Assembly: GCA_043827025.1 (NCBI GenBank)
Contig: JBDRPL010000032.1
Span: 45,870-109,869, forward strand
Source: Candidatus Micrarchaeota archaeon
GTDB taxonomy: Archaea > Micrarchaeota > Micrarchaeia > Anstonellales > Bilamarchaeaceae
Direction of reading: 5' to 3'
Length of the DNA: 64,000 nt
Shown: positions 58,430-64,000 of the stretch, piece by piece
Layout: every line of letters starts with the position of its first letter
Position numbering within the stretch: the first letter of the stretch is position 1
Position numbers and translations under genes: made by a program
Notes under the pieces: generated by a model
Seen by the model: the letters and a program-made list of their open reading frames with translations, nothing else
What the model was told of the DNA's origin: nothing
The model's database searches: none

Positions 58430-59092
58430 ATGAAGTCTTATTCGTATAATTTCGACAATGAAAATTTCGTATGCGCGAGAATAGAAGGAGTAGATGCATC
58501 CTATAAAGATCTGACAGAGGTCTGCGGAAGGATAAGGAACAAGAAAATAAGTGTTGCATTAGATCTCCTTCAAAAGGCATCCAATATGGAAATTCCTATT
58601 CTATATAAACGCCACAGCAAGAGGCTTGGCCACAGGCGCGAACTGGGCGGACAGAAAGGGAGATATCCTCAGAAATCCGCGAAGATCGTGCTTAAGGTGC
58701 TGAAAAGCGCCATAGCCAACGGAAACCTCAAGGGATTCGATGAGATGGTAATAGCCCATGTAGCTGCGAACAAGAAAATTGTTTATCCAAGACTTGCTTC
58801 AAAAGGAAGGCAATCAAGGTCCAACTTCGAGCTTTCGCGAGTTGAGATAGTTCTTAAAAATACGGGTGCAATTGTAAAGAAGGAAATCAAGAAACCTGTT
58901 CCTGTTGTTCAGAAACCTAATGAGGTTCATGAGCACAAGCCTGGTGAAGTGCACGAGCACAAGCACGAAGAGGTGCACAAGCACGAGGAGAAGAAAACTG
59001 AAAAGCCAGTCGAGGCTAAGAAGGAAGTTGCAAAGCCGGTAAAGGATCCAACGGAATCCAAAAAGAAGGAGAAGCCAAAGGCTTCAGTTTGA
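58430..59092 (+). CDS. rpl22: 50S ribosomal protein uL22 with His/Glu/Lys-rich tail
   Basis: GHRR, GRYPQK and NG-KG motifs; cluster order. Confidence 0.93.
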   Translation: MKSYSYNFDNENFVCARIEGVDASYKDLTEVCGRIRNKKISVALDLLQKASNMEIPILYKRHSKRLGHRRELGGQKGRYPQKSAKIVLKVLKSAIANGNLKGFDEMVIAHVAANKKIVYPRLASKGRQSRSNFELSRVEIVLKNTGAIVKKEIKKPVPVVQKPNEVHEHKPGEVHEHKHEEVHKHEEKKTEKPVEAKKEVAKPVKDPTESKKKEKPKASV

Positions 59093-59102
59093 TGGTGATT
59101 GA

Positions 59103-59981
59103 ATGATTAATGCAGACAAATTTATCGAAGAAGATCTCAATAAGTATATACTGATGAAATATCTTGAGAAGAAATTGGAGGAAGTTGGGCTTGCCAGCGT
59201 TGAAATACAAAGGACTCCTCTTGTAACAAGAATCTCGTTGGAAGTGTTGAACCCTGCAAGGATAATCGGGAAAAGAGGCAGGCTGATAAATGATCTTACT
59301 GATGCAATAAAAAATGATTTCAAGATAGATAATCCTCAGATAAGCGTAATAGAAGTTAAGAATCCATTTTTGGAGCCTGCAATAGTTGCAAGAAAGGCTG
59401 CCAAATATATTGAGATGGGAAAGAAGGTTCGATCTGTTTTGCATTATTTTCTCACTGAAATCATGCGTTCAGGCGCAATGGGCGCTGAAATAGTTGCATC
59501 TGGAAAAATTGGTGCAAAGGGTGCAAGGGCAAAATCACTTCGTGTTTCAAAGGGACATGTCCCTAAAGCAGGAGAGCCTACAAGGCTTGTGAAAGAGTCG
59601 CACATAAATGCCAATACAAGATCAGGAGTCATCGGAGTGCTCGTAAGAATACTTCCACCTGGCACAAAGCTTCCTGTTCCAAAAGTTAAGGTAAAGCACA
59701 AACAGAGGGTTGATATCGGGAACGACGAGGTTATCGGAGTTGAAGGCCCGGGTGTTGAGGCAGTGGCTGAAAAGAAAGTTGCTCCCGTAGAGGCAAAGGA
59801 GCAAAAAGAAGCTAAACCTGCTGAGACTGAAGAGAAAAAGGCAAATAAGCCAAAGGCTGAAACTTCTGAGGTTAAATCCGAATCTCCAAAAGAATCTTCA
59901 AAAGAGACTAAGGAATCCCCAAAAGCAGAAGGTGGGGAAAAACCAAAGAAAGAGAAAAAGGCAAAAAAGCCTAAAGAGTGA
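59103..59981 (+). CDS. rps3: 30S ribosomal protein uS3 with long charged tail
   Basis: RTPL, IIGKRG KH domain, GAMGAEI-SGK and GVIGV motifs. Confidence 0.95.
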   Translation: MINADKFIEEDLNKYILMKYLEKKLEEVGLASVEIQRTPLVTRISLEVLNPARIIGKRGRLINDLTDAIKNDFKIDNPQISVIEVKNPFLEPAIVARKAAKYIEMGKKVRSVLHYFLTEIMRSGAMGAEIVASGKIGAKGARAKSLRVSKGHVPKAGEPTRLVKESHINANTRSGVIGVLVRILPPGTKLPVPKVKVKHKQRVDIGNDEVIGVEGPGVEAVAEKKVAPVEAKEQKEAKPAETEEKKANKPKAETSEVKSESPKESSKETKESPKAEGGEKPKKEKKAKKPKE

Positions 59982-59986
59982 TTTAC

Positions 59987-60193
59987 ATGCTGCGAATGAA
60001 TGATCTTAGAAAACTTTCAAAAAAGGATTTGCAAAAAAAGCTGGACGAAATCGAGCTTTCCATGCTTGAAGCTGAAGGAGAGGGCAAGAGCGAGAGAAGA
60101 AAATCCCTCAGGAGATCTAGGGCAAGGATACTCACCTGCATTACATTCCTTAATAGTGAAGCAGTGGACAAGAATGCTACAAAGAACAACTAG
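59987..60193 (+). CDS. rpl29: 50S ribosomal protein uL29
   Basis: DLRKLS and RR-ARILT motifs; position after uS3. Confidence 0.85.
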   Translation: MLRMNDLRKLSKKDLQKKLDEIELSMLEAEGEGKSERRKSLRRSRARILTCITFLNSEAVDKNATKNN

Positions 60194-60252
60194 AAACTTA
60201 TTGATTTAAATATTAGTTCATTGGGAATATTAATTGAGGTGTATCTCGGTAA

Positions 60253-60552
60253 ATGATTTGTAATAAATGTGGGATGATGAAGGACCTTTGCGTCTGCGAG
60301 GTTCTGGATAAGCAGGGCGTAGTGAAGATAAAAATCTATACCACTGCGAAAAAATTTAAGAAACTTGTAACTGTCATAGAAGGCATTGATAAGGCACAGG
60401 TTGACCAGACTGCAAGCGATTTGAAGCATAAGCTTGCTTGTGGCGGAACTGCCAAAGACGGTTTGATAATCCTTCAGGGCAATCACAAGAGAAAGCTTCC
60501 GGCGATTCTTGAGAAACTCGGTTACCTGAAAGAGCATATGGAAGTAAGCTGA
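60253..60552 (+). CDS. sui1: Translation initiation factor SUI1/aIF-1
   Basis: CG-DLCVC, LACGGT and LQGNH motifs. Confidence 0.95.
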   Translation: MICNKCGMMKDLCVCEVLDKQGVVKIKIYTTAKKFKKLVTVIEGIDKAQVDQTASDLKHKLACGGTAKDGLIILQGNHKRKLPAILEKLGYLKEHMEVS

Positions 60553-60567
60553 TTCTTTTTTGGTAAT

Positions 60568-60843
60568 ATGAGAACTTCCAACAATCTTCTTTTTCATACT
60601 TTCATAGGGTTAGAGGTTGAAGTCTCTAACTGTTCGGATAGGAAACATATTGGCCTTAAGGGAAAGATAATTGATGAGACGAAGAATCTCATTGTCATTG
60701 AAACGGTCAAGGGAAAAGAAGTTAAACTTCCTAAAGCATCATGCATTTTTCTGTTTCATCTGGATGACGGAAAGACAGAGGAAGTTGAAGGAAAGAAGAT
60801 TGCATTTAGGCCTTATGAGAGGGGGAAGAAGGTTAAGGTTTGA
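60568..60843 (+). CDS. rnp1: RNase P protein Rpp29
   Basis: IGLEVEV, GKIIDETKN and RPYER motifs; position after SUI1. Confidence 0.92.
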   Translation: MRTSNNLLFHTFIGLEVEVSNCSDRKHIGLKGKIIDETKNLIVIETVKGKEVKLPKASCIFLFHLDDGKTEEVEGKKIAFRPYERGKKVKV

Positions 60844-60911
60844 GTTGAAACCGCGGGTTTATAATTCCTAGCTATTGTATCCATCTACGATGAGCGGCGC
60901 AGGTAGTTTAC

Positions 60912-63512
60912 ATGAAATTGAAGCACGCTTCGGAATCTAGTTTTCGAATACAAAACGACAGACATACTTTTGGGCAGAGGCTGAAAACAACTGCAGTCAG
61001 AGCATGGCATTCAGCAACAAAATGGGGAAGAGGATTATTGGTTGCAGGACTGATTGGTGCGCCATGCGCTGGGGCGATGATTGGGTGTACAGATGATCAG
61101 ACAACTCAAGCAGAAGAAGCAGTTTTTCCAAAAACTGGAATTGTTACAACACCCTATAATGGAGAAATTCTACAGGATGAGAATGGAACTTATTATATGG
61201 CCACTAGATTTATCGTAGCATTCAAGGAAGAAATCTATATTTCAGATTCTGAAGTTGAAGGGCTAACTGGTGGGAGGATTACAGGAAAGATTCCAGGGTT
61301 GAATGCGTATCAGGTTGAGGTTGCTAAGGAGAAACTGGATAAGGCGATTGGGGAGGTTAGGAAAGATGCTCGCGTAAATTATTCAATGAGAAACTCATTC
61401 CTTAAATTAGACACTACTTTAGATAATTATGATTGTAAAAAAGAAGATGGGAGTTCTTGTGGCCATACTTTGAATTCTGGGCTGTGGTGGAAGGATTCTA
61501 TACAATTAAAAGAATCATATGATTTACTTGAACAGAGAGCTATACCTTTAAAACGGGTTACCGTAGTTGTTTTAGATAGCTGTTTTTATCTAGATCATCC
61601 AGATCTTAAAGGTCAATCTGTTCCATCCATGTACCATTGGGATGTTGCTGATTCTACATCTAATAAACCAGACTCAAATGTTAGTTGTGATGATGTAGAT
61701 GTACATCTTAAGGATAAAGATGGAAATCCAATTCTTGACCAGGATGGAAATCAGATTAAAAATCCAAGTTATTCACATGGGACTGTTGTAACCGGGCTGA
61801 TAGCAGCAAGCAACAATGGCCAATATTTCAACGGAGTAGCCTTCAATGCAAAAATCTTACCAATCAAAGTAGTTCAATCAAAATCTCCATACGCGTATGA
61901 CTACCTTACCTTGGCAACTTTGATAGATTTGTTTGCAGCAAGTGGAACTTTAGATTATCTCACTTCGTCTGTTTTGGAACCTTTGAACATAAAAGTAGTT
62001 AATATGAGTTTTGGTGGGTATACCGAAGAGCCATTACTTGGGGATGCTATATCTCATTTGTCCCAAAAAGGAGTAATTTTTGTTGCTTCTGCTGGTAACA
62101 ATAGCAAAGATCTAAAAACAGAGAAACATTATCCATCTTCTTATCCATATGTTATTTCTGTTGGCGCTACTGAAAACATAGGTGGAGGATATAGAAGAGC
62201 ACAATGGCCTCTGACAGACCCCAAAACTGGAAAATCAGCCATTCAAAATTCCAATTATTCTAGTGAAGATAATCTTAAAGATTTAACAATCTCCGCACCA
62301 GGTACAAATATAAGCGGAATATCGCCCCTTTTATCAGATACTATTGATAAGTTATATACTATTGACCATAAAGGTACCTCCGTAGCTGCACCGTTAACTT
62401 CAGGATTAGTCGCACTAATGGCACAAGTAAAACCTGATTTAACCTATGACGAAGCAGTGCAATACCTAAGACAAGGTGCAGAAGATATTCCCTTGGATGT
62501 TCAGGGAAACGCCACAATTGACCCTAACCCTGCTCTAGTGTGGAAAAGAATCAATGCATTTAAAACACTTCAAACAATGCTTGATGAACCAAATGCACTT
62601 CAACTAAGTTGTAACACATTGCTTACCGTGCCAGAACCATTTGGCTCTATTTTTCAATATCTATGGTTTGGTGACAATAAATTAGGGTTTGTCGGATTCA
62701 GTGATCTTCAAAAAATGTTCGTATACGATTTTTCGAAACGTTTATTAATTCAGCCCCCTGAAGCCTGTTGGACGCCTCTTGGATTTGATAATGGCAATAC
62801 CTATTGTTTTACTGGATCACGTCATTTTGAACTCGCAATTGTAGATTCTGGAGGAAACACACGGACAGTCAATCTTGCACATGAAGCAAATCTGGAATCA
62901 TCTGTTGACCAAAAATATCTAGCATACTCACCTCAACTAGACGGTTGTAAAGAAAAATATACCGGCGTATATTTATATGATTTAAATAGTGGGGAAGAAC
63001 GAACAATAAGTAGTAGTGGGATTAGACCAAAGATGCACCAAAATAGAGTTGTATATATTGAGCCTGCAGACTGTAATGATGAAGGACATGTTGCAAAGAT
63101 CTCAGATGGTGAAGTTTATATTTATGATACGGCATCCAGAACAGCTAAACTGATTTCGTCAGGGCTTTATGCAAGAATCTTTGGAAATAATGTGCTAGTA
63201 GTGAGTAAAACAAGTATAAAACTTATAGACATCTCTGATTTGGATAATCCAAGAGATACAATATTAGCGGATGGAGCTTTGACAGATGATAATGGATTTA
63301 CTGTATGGTCATTTGGATTACATGAAACTTATGCCGTTTGGTATAAACGACCGGATATATTGGACACAATGGGAAGGTTGATGTTCTATGATATTCGTAA
63401 TCGGCAATTGAATGAAACTCAAATGCAAGATATCAATTATTTTGCATCGGACAATCGGAGTTTTTTCACCGTTGGATCTCCGACAAACGAGATCAGACAA
63501 TGTACCTTTTAA
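60912..63512 (+). CDS. S8 subtilase-like exported protease with C-terminal beta-rich repeat domain
   Basis: VVLDS (Asp), SHGT (His), ASAGN, GTSVAAP (Ser); leader ending AMIGC. Confidence 0.9.
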   Translation: MKLKHASESSFRIQNDRHTFGQRLKTTAVRAWHSATKWGRGLLVAGLIGAPCAGAMIGCTDDQTTQAEEAVFPKTGIVTTPYNGEILQDENGTYYMATRFIVAFKEEIYISDSEVEGLTGGRITGKIPGLNAYQVEVAKEKLDKAIGEVRKDARVNYSMRNSFLKLDTTLDNYDCKKEDGSSCGHTLNSGLWWKDSIQLKESYDLLEQRAIPLKRVTVVVLDSCFYLDHPDLKGQSVPSMYHWDVADSTSNKPDSNVSCDDVDVHLKDKDGNPILDQDGNQIKNPSYSHGTVVTGLIAASNNGQYFNGVAFNAKILPIKVVQSKSPYAYDYLTLATLIDLFAASGTLDYLTSSVLEPLNIKVVNMSFGGYTEEPLLGDAISHLSQKGVIFVASAGNNSKDLKTEKHYPSSYPYVISVGATENIGGGYRRAQWPLTDPKTGKSAIQNSNYSSEDNLKDLTISAPGTNISGISPLLSDTIDKLYTIDHKGTSVAAPLTSGLVALMAQVKPDLTYDEAVQYLRQGAEDIPLDVQGNATIDPNPALVWKRINAFKTLQTMLDEPNALQLSCNTLLTVPEPFGSIFQYLWFGDNKLGFVGFSDLQKMFVYDFSKRLLIQPPEACWTPLGFDNGNTYCFTGSRHFELAIVDSGGNTRTVNLAHEANLESSVDQKYLAYSPQLDGCKEKYTGVYLYDLNSGEERTISSSGIRPKMHQNRVVYIEPADCNDEGHVAKISDGEVYIYDTASRTAKLISSGLYARIFGNNVLVVSKTSIKLIDISDLDNPRDTILADGALTDDNGFTVWSFGLHETYAVWYKRPDILDTMGRLMFYDIRNRQLNETQMQDINYFASDNRSFFTVGSPTNEIRQCTF

Positions 63513-63534
63513 ACATTAATGAAGAGGTTTTACT

Positions 63535-64000
63535 ATGAAGAAAATATTGGCTTTGTTTGTTGTTTTCTTTGTGCTGGGATGTGTCCAGCAACAGCAAGAT
63601 ACTGAAAAAAATGAAAACCAGGCACTGGACATACTGATTCAACAACCAAATAATGTGAATCTAGACAAAATAGATCACCCTAAATTTGATATTCCGGAGT
63701 TTAAGGAGAACCAGTCAGAGTTTAACACTGAAGAATTACAAGCTGCAATACGCTCAGGATACAAATATCCTAAGAACTACCAATATAAGGGAGATTTTGA
63801 TCTTATACGTAATAATCTAATTTATTATATTCACTCCTGCAACATCAATGACTCCCTTCAATGTAGGGAAATATGTACAGACAATGTTTCAATTGCATAT
63901 ATGTGGATAAACAATTTCAAAAATTATACCCTAGTAAAAAATATAACGAAACATGAAACTGAAAAATATTTTGAGGAGTATGTCTTAAATGATGTTTCAG
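63535..64000 (+). CDS. Lipoprotein-like exported protein, truncated by the window end
   Basis: Translated by hand: MKKILALFVVFFVLGCVQQQ; GAGG RBS; no stop seen before the window end. Confidence 0.7.
   Translation, partial: MKKILALFVVFFVLGCVQQQQDTEKNENQALDILIQQPNNVNLDKIDHPKFDIPEFKENQSEFNTEELQAAIRSGYKYPKNYQYKGDFDLIRNNLIYYIHSCNINDSLQCREICTDNVSIAYMWINNFKNYTLVKNITKHETEKYFEEYVLNDVS

Overview
A 64 kb stretch of archaeal chromosome. Markers are TFB, aIF-1A, aIF-2beta, aIF-5A, an Sm protein, SMC, BHB-intron tRNAs and an archaeal uL3-uL29-SUI1-Rpp29 cluster. Gene content and VirB2-like pilins suggest a DPANN lineage, probably Micrarchaeota; this is inference. Core content includes an Aeropyrum-type mevalonate cluster (UbiX, UbiD, two aconitase-X subunits), a UbiA/DGGGP-synthase-like gene, agmatine/polyamine and SAH-recycling genes, ArgRS, RIO1, TldD and a VapBC pair. 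No CRISPR array, integrase, transposase or reverse transcriptase is visible. The main unexplained signals are: (1) a roughly 270-nt multi-helix structured element directly after tRNA-Pro(CGG); (2) three 'duplicated gene end plus hairpin' scars, at both ends of tRNA-Ala(GGC) and at the 3' end of an NFACT/Rqc2-like gene, where the two copies differ almost only at synonymous sites; (3) two paralogous subtilase cassettes with conserved leader and tail but divergent middles, one with His-to-Tyr at the catalytic site and one sitting where the ribosomal cluster normally continues; (4) a full-length PurL that has lost its catalytic motifs; (5) twin zinc-ribbon genes between ubiX and ubiD. All calls come from reading the sequence by eye; no searches or folding programs were run.
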